From Escherichia phage T7: DNA of 39,218 bases. A program made the position numbers and the translations under genes. Shown in pieces: positions 19,522 through 29,875 of the stretch (positions are counted from its first letter, which is position 1; every line of letters begins with the position of its first letter). Where the stretch lies: the sequence record MZ375237.1; one strand, written 5' to 3'. The notes under the pieces were generated by a model. It did not search any database, was not told where the DNA came from, and worked only from the letters and a program-made list of their open reading frames with translations.

Positions 19522-21131
19522 TGGCTGAGAAACGAACAGGACTTGCGGAGGATGGCGCAAAGTCTGTCTATGAGCGTTTAAAGAACGACCGTGCTCCCTA
19601 TGAGACACGCGCTCAGAATTGCGCTCAATATACCATCCCATCATTGTTCCCTAAGGACTCCGATAACGCCTCTACAGATTATCAAACTCCGTGGCAAGCC
19701 GTGGGCGCTCGTGGTCTGAACAATCTAGCCTCTAAGCTCATGCTGGCTCTATTCCCTATGCAGACTTGGATGCGACTTACTATATCTGAATATGAAGCAA
19801 AGCAGTTACTGAGCGACCCCGATGGACTCGCTAAGGTCGATGAGGGCCTCTCGATGGTAGAGCGTATCATCATGAACTACATTGAGTCTAACAGTTACCG
19901 CGTGACTCTCTTTGAGGCTCTCAAACAGTTAGTCGTAGCTGGTAACGTCCTGCTGTACCTACCGGAACCGGAAGGGTCAAACTATAATCCCATGAAGCTG
20001 TACCGATTGTCTTCTTATGTGGTCCAACGAGACGCATTCGGCAACGTTCTGCAAATGGTGACTCGTGACCAGATAGCTTTTGGTGCTCTCCCTGAGGACA
20101 TCCGTAAGGCTGTAGAAGGTCAAGGTGGTGAGAAGAAAGCTGATGAGACAATCGACGTGTACACTCACATCTATCTGGATGAGGACTCAGGTGAATACCT
20201 CCGATACGAAGAGGTCGAGGGTATGGAAGTCCAAGGCTCCGATGGGACTTATCCTAAAGAGGCTTGCCCATACATCCCGATTCGGATGGTCAGACTAGAT
20301 GGTGAATCCTACGGTCGTTCGTACATTGAGGAATACTTAGGTGACTTACGGTCCCTTGAAAATCTCCAAGAGGCTATCGTCAAGATGTCCATGATTAGCT
20401 CTAAGGTTATCGGCTTAGTGAATCCTGCTGGTATCACCCAGCCACGCCGACTGACCAAAGCTCAGACTGGTGACTTCGTTACTGGTCGTCCAGAAGACAT
20501 CTCGTTCCTCCAACTGGAGAAGCAAGCAGACTTTACTGTAGCTAAAGCCGTAAGTGACGCTATCGAGGCTCGCCTTTCGTTTGCCTTTATGTTGAACTCT
20601 GCGGTTCAGCGTACAGGTGAACGTGTGACCGCCGAAGAGATTCGGTATGTAGCTTCTGAACTTGAAGATACTTTAGGTGGTGTCTACTCTATCCTTTCTC
20701 AAGAATTACAATTGCCTCTGGTACGAGTGCTCTTGAAGCAACTACAAGCCACGCAACAGATTCCTGAGTTACCTAAGGAAGCCGTAGAGCCAACCATTAG
20801 TACAGGTCTGGAAGCAATTGGTCGAGGACAAGACCTTGATAAGCTGGAGCGGTGTGTCACTGCGTGGGCTGCACTGGCACCTATGCGGGACGACCCTGAT
20901 ATTAACCTTGCGATGATTAAGTTACGTATTGCCAACGCTATCGGTATTGACACTTCTGGTATTCTACTCACCGAAGAACAGAAGCAACAGAAGATGGCCC
21001 AACAGTCTATGCAAATGGGTATGGATAATGGTGCTGCTGCGCTGGCTCAAGGTATGGCTGCACAAGCTACAGCTTCACCTGAGGCTATGGCTGCTGCCGC
21101 TGATTCCGTAGGTTTACAGCCGGGAATTTAA
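19521..21131 (+). CDS. 8: Gene 8, portal (head-tail connector)
   Basis: 536-aa MAEKRTGLAEDGAKSVYERLKNDRAPYETRAQN... Confidence 0.95.
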   Translation: MAEKRTGLAEDGAKSVYERLKNDRAPYETRAQNCAQYTIPSLFPKDSDNASTDYQTPWQAVGARGLNNLASKLMLALFPMQTWMRLTISEYEAKQLLSDPDGLAKVDEGLSMVERIIMNYIESNSYRVTLFEALKQLVVAGNVLLYLPEPEGSNYNPMKLYRLSSYVVQRDAFGNVLQMVTRDQIAFGALPEDIRKAVEGQGGEKKADETIDVYTHIYLDEDSGEYLRYEEVEGMEVQGSDGTYPKEACPYIPIRMVRLDGESYGRSYIEEYLGDLRSLENLQEAIVKMSMISSKVIGLVNPAGITQPRRLTKAQTGDFVTGRPEDISFLQLEKQADFTVAKAVSDAIEARLSFAFMLNSAVQRTGERVTAEEIRYVASELEDTLGGVYSILSQELQLPLVRVLLKQLQATQQIPELPKEAVEPTISTGLEAIGRGQDLDKLERCVTAWAALAPMRDDPDINLAMIKLRIANAIGIDTSGILLTEEQKQQKMAQQSMQMGMDNGAAALAQGMAAQATASPEAMAAAADSVGLQPGI

Positions 21132-21151
21132 TACGACTCACTATAGGGAGA
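21129..21151 (+). promoter_or_regulatory. T7 promoter phi9 (+1 at 21146)
   Basis: taatacgactcactatagggagacc; TAA is the gene 8 stop. Confidence 0.92.
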
Positions 21152-21230
21152 CCTCATCTTTGAAATGAGCGATGACAAGAGGTTGGAGTCCTCGGTCTTC
21201 CTGTAGTTCAACTTTAAGGAGACAATAATA

Positions 21231-22154
21231 ATGGCTGAATCTAATGCAGACGTATATGCATCTTTTGGCGTGAACTCCGCTGTGATGTCTGGTGGTTCCG
21301 TTGAGGAACATGAGCAGAACATGCTGGCTCTTGATGTTGCTGCCCGTGATGGCGATGATGCAATCGAGTTAGCGTCAGACGAAGTGGAAACAGAACGTGA
21401 CCTGTATGACAACTCTGACCCGTTCGGTCAAGAGGATGACGAAGGCCGCATTCAGGTTCGTATCGGTGATGGCTCTGAGCCGACCGATGTGGACACTGGA
21501 GAAGAAGGCGTTGAGGGCACCGAAGGTTCCGAAGAGTTTACCCCACTGGGCGAGACTCCAGAAGAACTGGTAGCTGCCTCTGAGCAACTTGGTGAGCACG
21601 AAGAGGGCTTCCAAGAGATGATTAACATTGCTGCTGAGCGTGGCATGAGTGTCGAGACCATTGAGGCTATCCAGCGTGAGTACGAGGAGAACGAAGAGTT
21701 GTCCGCCGAGTCCTACGCTAAGCTGGCTGAAATTGGCTACACGAAGGCTTTCATTGACTCGTATATCCGTGGTCAAGAAGCTCTGGTGGAGCAGTACGTA
21801 AACAGTGTCATTGAGTACGCTGGTGGTCGTGAACGTTTTGATGCACTGTATAACCACCTTGAGACGCACAACCCTGAGGCTGCACAGTCGCTGGATAATG
21901 CGTTGACCAATCGTGACTTAGCGACCGTTAAGGCTATCATCAACTTGGCTGGTGAGTCTCGCGCTAAGGCGTTCGGTCGTAAGCCAACTCGTAGTGTGAC
22001 TAATCGTGCTATTCCGGCTAAACCTCAGGCTACCAAGCGTGAAGGCTTTGCGGACCGTAGCGAGATGATTAAAGCTATGAGTGACCCTCGGTATCGCACA
22101 GATGCCAACTATCGTCGTCAAGTCGAACAGAAAGTAATCGATTCGAACTTCTGA
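21231..22154 (+). CDS. 9: Gene 9, capsid scaffolding protein
   Basis: 307-aa acidic ORF MAESNADVYASFGVNSAVMSGGSVEEHEQNMLALD... Confidence 0.95.
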   Translation: MAESNADVYASFGVNSAVMSGGSVEEHEQNMLALDVAARDGDDAIELASDEVETERDLYDNSDPFGQEDDEGRIQVRIGDGSEPTDVDTGEEGVEGTEGSEEFTPLGETPEELVAASEQLGEHEEGFQEMINIAAERGMSVETIEAIQREYEENEELSAESYAKLAEIGYTKAFIDSYIRGQEALVEQYVNSVIEYAGGRERFDALYNHLETHNPEAAQSLDNALTNRDLATVKAIINLAGESRAKAFGRKPTRSVTNRAIPAKPQATKREGFADRSEMIKAMSDPRYRTDANYRRQVEQKVIDSNF

Positions 22155-22167
22155 TAGACTTCGAAAT

Positions 22168-22190
22168 TAATACGACTCACTATAGGGAGA
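22168..22190 (+). promoter_or_regulatory. T7 promoter phi10 (+1 at 22185) with gene 10 leader
   Basis: taatacgactcactatagggagaccacaacggtttccctctagaaataattttgtttaactttaagaaggagatatacatATG; no lac operator. Confidence 0.95.
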
Positions 22191-22247
22191 CCACAACGGT
22201 TTCCCTCTAGAAATAATTTTGTTTAACTTTAAGAAGGAGATATACAT

Positions 22248-23285
22248 ATGGCTAGCATGACTGGTGGACAGCAAATGGGTACTAACCAAGGTAAAGGTGT
22301 AGTTGCTGCTGGAGATAAACTGGCGTTGTTCTTGAAGGTATTTGGCGGTGAAGTCCTGACTGCGTTCGCTCGTACCTCCGTGACCACTTCTCGCCACATG
22401 GTACGTTCCATCTCCAGCGGTAAATCCGCTCAGTTCCCTGTTCTGGGTCGCACTCAGGCAGCGTATCTGGCTCCGGGCGAGAACCTCGACGATAAACGTA
22501 AGGACATCAAACACACCGAGAAGGTAATCACCATTGACGGTCTCCTGACGGCTGACGTTCTGATTTATGATATTGAGGACGCGATGAACCACTACGACGT
22601 TCGCTCTGAGTATACCTCTCAGTTGGGTGAATCTCTGGCGATGGCTGCGGATGGTGCGGTTCTGGCTGAGATTGCCGGTCTGTGTAACGTGGAAAGCAAA
22701 TATAATGAGAACATCGAGGGCTTAGGTACTGCTACCGTAATTGAGACCACTCAGAACAAGGCCGCACTTACCGACCAAGTTGCGCTGGGTAAGGAGATTA
22801 TTGCGGCTCTGACTAAGGCTCGTGCGGCTCTGACCAAGAACTATGTTCCGGCTGCTGACCGTGTGTTCTACTGTGACCCAGATAGCTACTCTGCGATTCT
22901 GGCAGCACTGATGCCGAACGCAGCAAACTACGCTGCTCTGATTGACCCTGAGAAGGGTTCTATCCGCAACGTTATGGGCTTTGAGGTTGTAGAAGTTCCG
23001 CACCTCACCGCTGGTGGTGCTGGTACCGCTCGTGAGGGCACTACTGGTCAGAAGCACGTCTTCCCTGCCAATAAAGGTGAGGGTAATGTCAAGGTTGCTA
23101 AGGACAACGTTATCGGCCTGTTCATGCACCGCTCTGCGGTAGGTACTGTTAAGCTGCGTGACTTGGCTCTGGAGCGCGCTCGCCGTGCTAACTTCCAAGC
23201 GGACCAGATTATCGCTAAGTACGCAATGGGCCACGGTGGTCTTCGCCCAGAAGCTGCTGGTGCAGTGGTTTTCAAAGTGGAGTAA
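22248..23285 (+). CDS. 10: Gene 10A, major capsid protein
   Basis: 345-aa MASMTGGQQMGTNQGKGVVAAGDKLALFLKVFGGEV... ending ...AVVFKVE. Confidence 0.97.
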   Translation: MASMTGGQQMGTNQGKGVVAAGDKLALFLKVFGGEVLTAFARTSVTTSRHMVRSISSGKSAQFPVLGRTQAAYLAPGENLDDKRKDIKHTEKVITIDGLLTADVLIYDIEDAMNHYDVRSEYTSQLGESLAMAADGAVLAEIAGLCNVESKYNENIEGLGTATVIETTQNKAALTDQVALGKEIIAALTKARAALTKNYVPAADRVFYCDPDSYSAILAALMPNAANYAALIDPEKGSIRNVMGFEVVEVPHLTAGGAGTAREGTTGQKHVFPANKGEGNVKVAKDNVIGLFMHRSAVGTVKLRDLALERARRANFQADQIIAKYAMGHGGLRPEAAGAVVFKVE

Positions 23286-23443
23286 TGCTGGGGGTGGCCT
23301 CAACGGTCGCTGCTAGTCCCGAAGAGGCGAGTGTTACTTCAACAGAAGAAACCTTAACGCCAGCACAGGAGGCCGCACGCACCCGCGCTGCTAACAAAGC
23401 CCGAAAGGAAGCTGAGTTGGCTGCTGCCACCGCTGAGCAATAA
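22248..23443 (+). CDS. 10: Gene 10B, minor capsid protein by -1 frameshift near 23267..23273
   Basis: -1 frame after ggttttc is open for 56 codons (QSGVMLGVASTVAASPEEASV...AAATAEQ) ending at taa 23441..23443. Confidence 0.75.
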
Positions 23444-23446
23444 CTA

Positions 23447-23491
23447 GCATAACCCCTTGGGGCCTCTAAACGGGTCTTGAGGGGTTTTTTG
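23447..23491 (+). terminator. Tphi terminator for T7 RNA polymerase
   Basis: ctagcataaccccttggggcctctaaacgggtcttgaggggttttttg hairpin plus U-tract. Confidence 0.93.
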
Positions 23492-23508
23492 CTGAAAGGA
23501 GGAACTAT

Positions 23509-24099
23509 ATGCGCTCATACGATATGAACGTTGAGACTGCCGCTGAGTTATCAGCTGTGAACGACATTCTGGCGTCTATCGGTGAACCTCCGGTATCAAC
23601 GCTGGAAGGTGACGCTAACGCAGATGCAGCGAACGCTCGGCGTATTCTCAACAAGATTAACCGACAGATTCAATCTCGTGGATGGACGTTCAACATTGAG
23701 GAAGGCATAACGCTACTACCTGATGTTTACTCCAACCTGATTGTATACAGTGACGACTATTTATCCCTAATGTCTACTTCCGGTCAATCCATCTACGTTA
23801 ACCGAGGTGGCTATGTGTATGACCGAACGAGTCAATCAGACCGCTTTGACTCTGGTATTACTGTGAACATTATTCGTCTCCGCGACTACGATGAGATGCC
23901 TGAGTGCTTCCGTTACTGGATTGTCACCAAGGCTTCCCGTCAGTTCAACAACCGATTCTTTGGGGAACCGGAAGTAGAGGGTGTACTCCAAGAAGAGGAA
24001 GATGAGGCTAGACGTCTCTGCATGGAGTATGAGATGGACTACGGTGGGTACAATATGCTGGATGGAGATGCGTTCACTTCTGGTCTACTGACTCGCTAA
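23509..24099 (+). CDS. 11: Gene 11, tail tubular protein A (gatekeeper)
   Basis: 196-aa [35 protein letters not shown]... Confidence 0.93.
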   Translation: MRSYDMNVETAAELSAVNDILASIGEPPVSTLEGDANADAANARRILNKINRQIQSRGWTFNIEEGITLLPDVYSNLIVYSDDYLSLMSTSGQSIYVNRGGYVYDRTSQSDRFDSGITVNIIRLRDYDEMPECFRYWIVTKASRQFNNRFFGEPEVEGVLQEEEDEARRLCMEYEMDYGGYNMLDGDAFTSGLLTR

Positions 24100-24122
24100 C
24101 ATTAATAAATAAGGAGGCTCTA

Positions 24123-26507
24123 ATGGCACTCATTAGCCAATCAATCAAGAACTTGAAGGGTGGTATCAGCCAACAGCCTGACATCCTTCGTTATCCAGAC
24201 CAAGGGTCACGCCAAGTTAACGGTTGGTCTTCGGAGACCGAGGGCCTCCAAAAGCGTCCACCTCTTGTTTTCTTAAATACACTTGGAGACAACGGTGCGT
24301 TAGGTCAAGCTCCGTACATCCACCTGATTAACCGAGATGAGCACGAACAGTATTACGCTGTGTTCACTGGTAGCGGAATCCGAGTGTTCGACCTTTCTGG
24401 TAACGAGAAGCAAGTTAGGTATCCTAACGGTTCCAACTACATCAAGACCGCTAATCCACGTAACGACCTGCGAATGGTTACTGTAGCAGACTATACGTTC
24501 ATCGTTAACCGTAACGTTGTTGCACAGAAGAACACAAAGTCTGTCAACTTACCGAATTACAACCCTAATCAAGACGGATTGATTAACGTTCGTGGTGGTC
24601 AGTATGGTAGGGAACTAATTGTACACATTAACGGTAAAGACGTTGCGAAGTATAAGATACCAGATGGTAGTCAACCTGAACACGTAAACAATACGGATGC
24701 CCAATGGTTAGCTGAAGAGTTAGCCAAGCAGATGCGCACTAACTTGTCTGATTGGACTGTAAATGTAGGGCAAGGGTTCATCCATGTGACCGCACCTAGT
24801 GGTCAACAGATTGACTCCTTCACGACTAAAGATGGCTACGCAGACCAGTTGATTAACCCTGTGACCCACTACGCTCAGTCGTTCTCTAAGCTGCCACCTA
24901 ATGCTCCTAACGGCTACATGGTGAAAATCGTAGGGGACGCCTCTAAGTCTGCCGACCAGTATTACGTTCGGTATGACGCTGAGCGGAAAGTTTGGACTGA
25001 GACTTTAGGTTGGAACACTGAGGACCAAGTTCTATGGGAAACCATGCCACACGCTCTTGTGCGAGCCGCTGACGGTAATTTCGACTTCAAGTGGCTTGAG
25101 TGGTCTCCTAAGTCTTGTGGTGACGTTGACACCAACCCTTGGCCTTCTTTTGTTGGTTCAAGTATTAACGATGTGTTCTTCTTCCGTAACCGCTTAGGAT
25201 TCCTTAGTGGGGAGAACATCATATTGAGTCGTACAGCCAAATACTTCAACTTCTACCCTGCGTCCATTGCGAACCTTAGTGATGACGACCCTATAGACGT
25301 AGCTGTGAGTACCAACCGAATAGCAATCCTTAAGTACGCCGTTCCGTTCTCAGAAGAGTTACTCATCTGGTCCGATGAAGCACAATTCGTCCTGACTGCC
25401 TCGGGTACTCTCACATCTAAGTCGGTTGAGTTGAACCTAACGACCCAGTTTGACGTACAGGACCGAGCGAGACCTTTTGGGATTGGGCGTAATGTCTACT
25501 TTGCTAGTCCGAGGTCCAGCTTCGCGTCCATCCACAGGTACTACGCTGTGCAGGATGTCAGTTCCGTTAAGAATGCTGAGGACATTACATCACACGTTCC
25601 TAACTACATCCCTAATGGTGTGTTCAGTATTTGCGGAAGTGGTACGGAAAACTTCTGTTCGGTACTATCTCACGGGGACCCTAGTAAAATCTTCATGTAC
25701 AAATTCCTGTACCTGAACGAAGAGTTAAGGCAACAGTCGTGGTCTCATTGGGACTTTGGGGAAAACGTACAGGTTCTAGCTTGTCAGAGTATCAGCTCAG
25801 ATATGTATGTGATTCTTCGCAATGAGTTCAATACGTTCCTAGCTAGAATCTCTTTCACTAAGAACGCCATTGACTTACAGGGAGAACCCTATCGTGCCTT
25901 TATGGACATGAAGATTCGATACACGATTCCTAGTGGAACATACAACGATGACACATTCACTACCTCTATTCATATTCCAACAATTTATGGTGCAAACTTC
26001 GGGAGGGGCAAAATCACTGTATTGGAGCCTGATGGTAAGATAACCGTGTTTGAGCAACCTACGGCTGGGTGGAATAGCGACCCTTGGCTGAGACTCAGCG
26101 GTAACTTGGAGGGACGCATGGTGTACATTGGGTTCAACATTAACTTCGTATATGAGTTCTCTAAGTTCCTCATCAAGCAGACTGCCGACGACGGGTCTAC
26201 CTCCACGGAAGACATTGGGCGCTTACAGTTACGCCGAGCGTGGGTTAACTACGAGAACTCTGGTACGTTTGACATTTATGTTGAGAACCAATCGTCTAAC
26301 TGGAAGTACACAATGGCTGGTGCCCGATTAGGCTCTAACACTCTGAGGGCTGGGAGACTGAACTTAGGGACCGGACAATATCGATTCCCTGTGGTTGGTA
26401 ACGCCAAGTTCAACACTGTATACATCTTGTCAGATGAGACTACCCCTCTGAACATCATTGGGTGTGGCTGGGAAGGTAACTACTTACGGAGAAGTTCCGG
26501 TATTTAA
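24123..26507 (+). CDS. 12: Gene 12, tail tubular protein B (nozzle)
   Basis: 794-aa MALISQSIKNLKGGISQQPDILRYPDQGSRQVNGW... Confidence 0.95.
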   Translation: MALISQSIKNLKGGISQQPDILRYPDQGSRQVNGWSSETEGLQKRPPLVFLNTLGDNGALGQAPYIHLINRDEHEQYYAVFTGSGIRVFDLSGNEKQVRYPNGSNYIKTANPRNDLRMVTVADYTFIVNRNVVAQKNTKSVNLPNYNPNQDGLINVRGGQYGRELIVHINGKDVAKYKIPDGSQPEHVNNTDAQWLAEELAKQMRTNLSDWTVNVGQGFIHVTAPSGQQIDSFTTKDGYADQLINPVTHYAQSFSKLPPNAPNGYMVKIVGDASKSADQYYVRYDAERKVWTETLGWNTEDQVLWETMPHALVRAADGNFDFKWLEWSPKSCGDVDTNPWPSFVGSSINDVFFFRNRLGFLSGENIILSRTAKYFNFYPASIANLSDDDPIDVAVSTNRIAILKYAVPFSEELLIWSDEAQFVLTASGTLTSKSVELNLTTQFDVQDRARPFGIGRNVYFASPRSSFASIHRYYAVQDVSSVKNAEDITSHVPNYIPNGVFSICGSGTENFCSVLSHGDPSKIFMYKFLYLNEELRQQSWSHWDFGENVQVLACQSISSDMYVILRNEFNTFLARISFTKNAIDLQGEPYRAFMDMKIRYTIPSGTYNDDTFTTSIHIPTIYGANFGRGKITVLEPDGKITVFEQPTAGWNSDPWLRLSGNLEGRMVYIGFNINFVYEFSKFLIKQTADDGSTSTEDIGRLQLRRAWVNYENSGTFDIYVENQSSNWKYTMAGARLGSNTLRAGRLNLGTGQYRFPVVGNAKFNTVYILSDETTPLNIIGCGWEGNYLRRSSGI

Positions 26508-26537
26508 TTAAATATTCTCCCTGTGGTGGCTCGAAAT

Positions 26538-26560
26538 TAATACGACTCACTATAGGGAGA
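26538..26560 (+). promoter_or_regulatory. T7 promoter phi13 (+1 at 26555)
   Basis: taatacgactcactatagggagaaca. Confidence 0.92.
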
Positions 26561-26587
26561 ACAATACGACTACGGGAGGGTTTTCTT

Positions 26588-27004
26588 ATGATGACTATAA
26601 GACCTACTAAAAGTACAGACTTTGAGGTATTCACTCCGGCTCACCATGACATTCTTGAAGCTAAGGCTGCTGGTATTGAGCCGAGTTTCCCTGATGCTTC
26701 CGAGTGTGTCACGTTGAGCCTCTATGGGTTCCCTCTAGCTATCGGTGGTAACTGCGGGGACCAGTGCTGGTTCGTTACGAGCGACCAAGTGTGGCGACTT
26801 AGTGGAAAGGCTAAGCGAAAGTTCCGTAAGTTAATCATGGAGTATCGCGATAAGATGCTTGAGAAGTATGATACTCTTTGGAATTACGTATGGGTAGGCA
26901 ATACGTCCCACATTCGTTTCCTCAAGACTATCGGTGCGGTATTCCATGAAGAGTACACACGAGATGGTCAATTTCAGTTATTTACAATCACGAAAGGAGG
27001 ATAA
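26588..27004 (+). CDS. 13: Gene 13, internal virion protein
   Basis: 138-aa MMTIRPTKSTDFEVFTPAHHDILEAKAAGIEPSF... Confidence 0.9.
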   Translation: MMTIRPTKSTDFEVFTPAHHDILEAKAAGIEPSFPDASECVTLSLYGFPLAIGGNCGDQCWFVTSDQVWRLSGKAKRKFRKLIMEYRDKMLEKYDTLWNYVWVGNTSHIRFLKTIGAVFHEEYTRDGQFQLFTITKGG

Positions 27005-27008
27005 CCAT

Positions 27009-27599
27009 ATGTGTTGGGCAGCCGCAATACCTATCGCTATATCTGGCGCTCAGGCTATCAGTGGTCAGAACGCTCAGGCCAAAATGATTGCCGCTCAGAC
27101 CGCTGCTGGTCGTCGTCAAGCTATGGAAATCATGAGGCAGACGAACATCCAGAATGCTGACCTATCGTTGCAAGCTCGAAGTAAACTTGAGGAAGCGTCC
27201 GCCGAGTTGACCTCACAGAACATGCAGAAGGTCCAAGCTATTGGGTCTATCCGAGCGGCTATCGGAGAGAGTATGCTTGAAGGTTCCTCAATGGACCGCA
27301 TTAAGCGAGTCACAGAAGGACAGTTCATTCGGGAAGCCAATATGGTAACTGAGAACTATCGCCGTGACTACCAAGCAATCTTCGCACAGCAACTTGGTGG
27401 TACTCAAAGTGCTGCAAGTCAGATTGACGAAATCTATAAGAGCGAACAGAAACAGAAGAGTAAGCTACAGATGGTTCTGGACCCACTGGCTATCATGGGG
27501 TCTTCCGCTGCGAGTGCTTACGCATCCGGTGCGTTCGACTCTAAGTCCACAACTAAGGCACCTATTGTTGCCGCTAAAGGAACCAAGACGGGGAGGTAA
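27009..27599 (+). CDS. 14: Gene 14, internal core protein
   Basis: 196-aa MCWAAAIPIAISGAQAISGQNAQAKMIAAQTAAGRRQ... Confidence 0.9.
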   Translation: MCWAAAIPIAISGAQAISGQNAQAKMIAAQTAAGRRQAMEIMRQTNIQNADLSLQARSKLEEASAELTSQNMQKVQAIGSIRAAIGESMLEGSSMDRIKRVTEGQFIREANMVTENYRRDYQAIFAQQLGGTQSAASQIDEIYKSEQKQKSKLQMVLDPLAIMGSSAASAYASGAFDSKSTTKAPIVAAKGTKTGR

Positions 27600-27605
27600 T
27601 GAGCT

Positions 27606-29849
27606 ATGAGTAAAATTGAATCTGCCCTTCAAGCGGCACAACCGGGACTCTCTCGGTTACGTGGTGGTGCTGGAGGTATGGGCTATCGTGCAGCAACCAC
27701 TCAGGCCGAACAGCCAAGGTCAAGCCTATTGGACACCATTGGTCGGTTCGCTAAGGCTGGTGCCGATATGTATACCGCTAAGGAACAACGAGCACGAGAC
27801 CTAGCTGATGAACGCTCTAACGAGATTATCCGTAAGCTGACCCCTGAGCAACGTCGAGAAGCTCTCAACAACGGGACCCTTCTGTATCAGGATGACCCAT
27901 ACGCTATGGAAGCACTCCGAGTCAAGACTGGTCGTAACGCTGCGTATCTTGTGGACGATGACGTTATGCAGAAGATAAAAGAGGGTGTCTTCCGTACTCG
28001 CGAAGAGATGGAAGAGTATCGCCATAGTCGCCTTCAAGAGGGCGCTAAGGTATACGCTGAGCAGTTCGGCATCGACCCTGAGGACGTTGATTATCAGCGT
28101 GGTTTCAACGGGGACATTACCGAGCGTAACATCTCGCTGTATGGTGCGCATGATAACTTCTTGAGCCAGCAAGCTCAGAAGGGCGCTATCATGAACAGCC
28201 GAGTGGAACTCAACGGTGTCCTTCAAGACCCTGATATGCTGCGTCGTCCAGACTCTGCTGACTTCTTTGAGAAGTATATCGACAACGGTCTGGTTACTGG
28301 CGCAATCCCATCTGATGCTCAAGCCACACAGCTTATAAGCCAAGCGTTCAGTGACGCTTCTAGCCGTGCTGGTGGTGCTGACTTCCTGATGCGAGTCGGT
28401 GACAAGAAGGTAACACTTAACGGAGCCACTACGACTTACCGAGAGTTGATTGGTGAGGAACAGTGGAACGCTCTCATGGTCACAGCACAACGTTCTCAGT
28501 TTGAGACTGACGCGAAGCTGAACGAGCAGTATCGCTTGAAGATTAACTCTGCGCTGAACCAAGAGGACCCAAGGACAGCTTGGGAGATGCTTCAAGGTAT
28601 CAAGGCTGAACTAGATAAGGTCCAACCTGATGAGCAGATGACACCACAACGTGAGTGGCTAATCTCCGCACAGGAACAAGTTCAGAATCAGATGAACGCA
28701 TGGACGAAAGCTCAGGCCAAGGCTCTGGACGATTCCATGAAGTCAATGAACAAACTTGACGTAATCGACAAGCAATTCCAGAAGCGAATCAACGGTGAGT
28801 GGGTCTCAACGGATTTTAAGGATATGCCAGTCAACGAGAACACTGGTGAGTTCAAGCATAGCGATATGGTTAACTACGCCAATAAGAAGCTCGCTGAGAT
28901 TGACAGTATGGACATTCCAGACGGTGCCAAGGATGCTATGAAGTTGAAGTACCTTCAAGCGGACTCTAAGGACGGAGCATTCCGTACAGCCATCGGAACC
29001 ATGGTCACTGACGCTGGTCAAGAGTGGTCTGCCGCTGTGATTAACGGTAAGTTACCAGAACGAACCCCAGCTATGGATGCTCTGCGCAGAATCCGCAATG
29101 CTGACCCTCAGTTGATTGCTGCGCTATACCCAGACCAAGCTGAGCTATTCCTGACGATGGACATGATGGACAAGCAGGGTATTGACCCTCAGGTTATTCT
29201 TGATGCCGACCGACTGACTGTTAAGCGGTCCAAAGAGCAACGCTTTGAGGATGATAAAGCATTCGAGTCTGCACTGAATGCATCTAAGGCTCCTGAGATT
29301 GCCCGTATGCCAGCGTCACTGCGCGAATCTGCACGTAAGATTTATGACTCCGTTAAGTATCGCTCGGGGAACGAAAGCATGGCTATGGAGCAGATGACCA
29401 AGTTCCTTAAGGAATCTACCTACACGTTCACTGGTGATGATGTTGACGGTGATACCGTTGGTGTGATTCCTAAGAATATGATGCAGGTTAACTCTGACCC
29501 GAAATCATGGGAGCAAGGTCGGGATATTCTGGAGGAAGCACGTAAGGGAATCATTGCGAGCAACCCTTGGATAACCAATAAGCAACTGACCATGTATTCT
29601 CAAGGTGACTCCATTTACCTTATGGACACCACAGGTCAAGTCAGAGTCCGATACGACAAAGAGTTACTCTCGAAGGTCTGGAGTGAGAACCAGAAGAAAC
29701 TCGAAGAGAAAGCTCGTGAGAAGGCTCTGGCTGATGTGAACAAGCGAGCACCTATAGTTGCCGCTACGAAGGCCCGTGAAGCTGCTGCTAAACGAGTCCG
29801 AGAGAAACGTAAACAGACTCCTAAGTTCATCTACGGACGTAAGGAGTAA
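27606..29849 (+). CDS. 15: Gene 15, internal core protein
   Basis: 747-aa MSKIESALQAAQPGLSRLRGGAGGMGYRAATTQ... Confidence 0.95.
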   Translation: MSKIESALQAAQPGLSRLRGGAGGMGYRAATTQAEQPRSSLLDTIGRFAKAGADMYTAKEQRARDLADERSNEIIRKLTPEQRREALNNGTLLYQDDPYAMEALRVKTGRNAAYLVDDDVMQKIKEGVFRTREEMEEYRHSRLQEGAKVYAEQFGIDPEDVDYQRGFNGDITERNISLYGAHDNFLSQQAQKGAIMNSRVELNGVLQDPDMLRRPDSADFFEKYIDNGLVTGAIPSDAQATQLISQAFSDASSRAGGADFLMRVGDKKVTLNGATTTYRELIGEEQWNALMVTAQRSQFETDAKLNEQYRLKINSALNQEDPRTAWEMLQGIKAELDKVQPDEQMTPQREWLISAQEQVQNQMNAWTKAQAKALDDSMKSMNKLDVIDKQFQKRINGEWVSTDFKDMPVNENTGEFKHSDMVNYANKKLAEIDSMDIPDGAKDAMKLKYLQADSKDGAFRTAIGTMVTDAGQEWSAAVINGKLPERTPAMDALRRIRNADPQLIAALYPDQAELFLTMDMMDKQGIDPQVILDADRLTVKRSKEQRFEDDKAFESALNASKAPEIARMPASLRESARKIYDSVKYRSGNESMAMEQMTKFLKESTYTFTGDDVDGDTVGVIPKNMMQVNSDPKSWEQGRDILEEARKGIIASNPWITNKQLTMYSQGDSIYLMDTTGQVRVRYDKELLSKVWSENQKKLEEKAREKALADVNKRAPIVAATKAREAAAKRVREKRKQTPKFIYGRKE

Positions 29850-29875
29850 CTAAAGGCTACATAAGGAGGCCCTAA

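Noticed and set aside
22168-22290. Resemblance to pET expression-vector elements (T7 promoter, leader with XbaI site and strong RBS, MASMTGGQQMG tag), suggesting a cloning-vector insert.
   Set aside because: This is the native phi10 promoter and gene 10 start from which those vector parts were derived. There is no lac operator after the promoter, and the ORF continues as full-length capsid protein within intact phage context.
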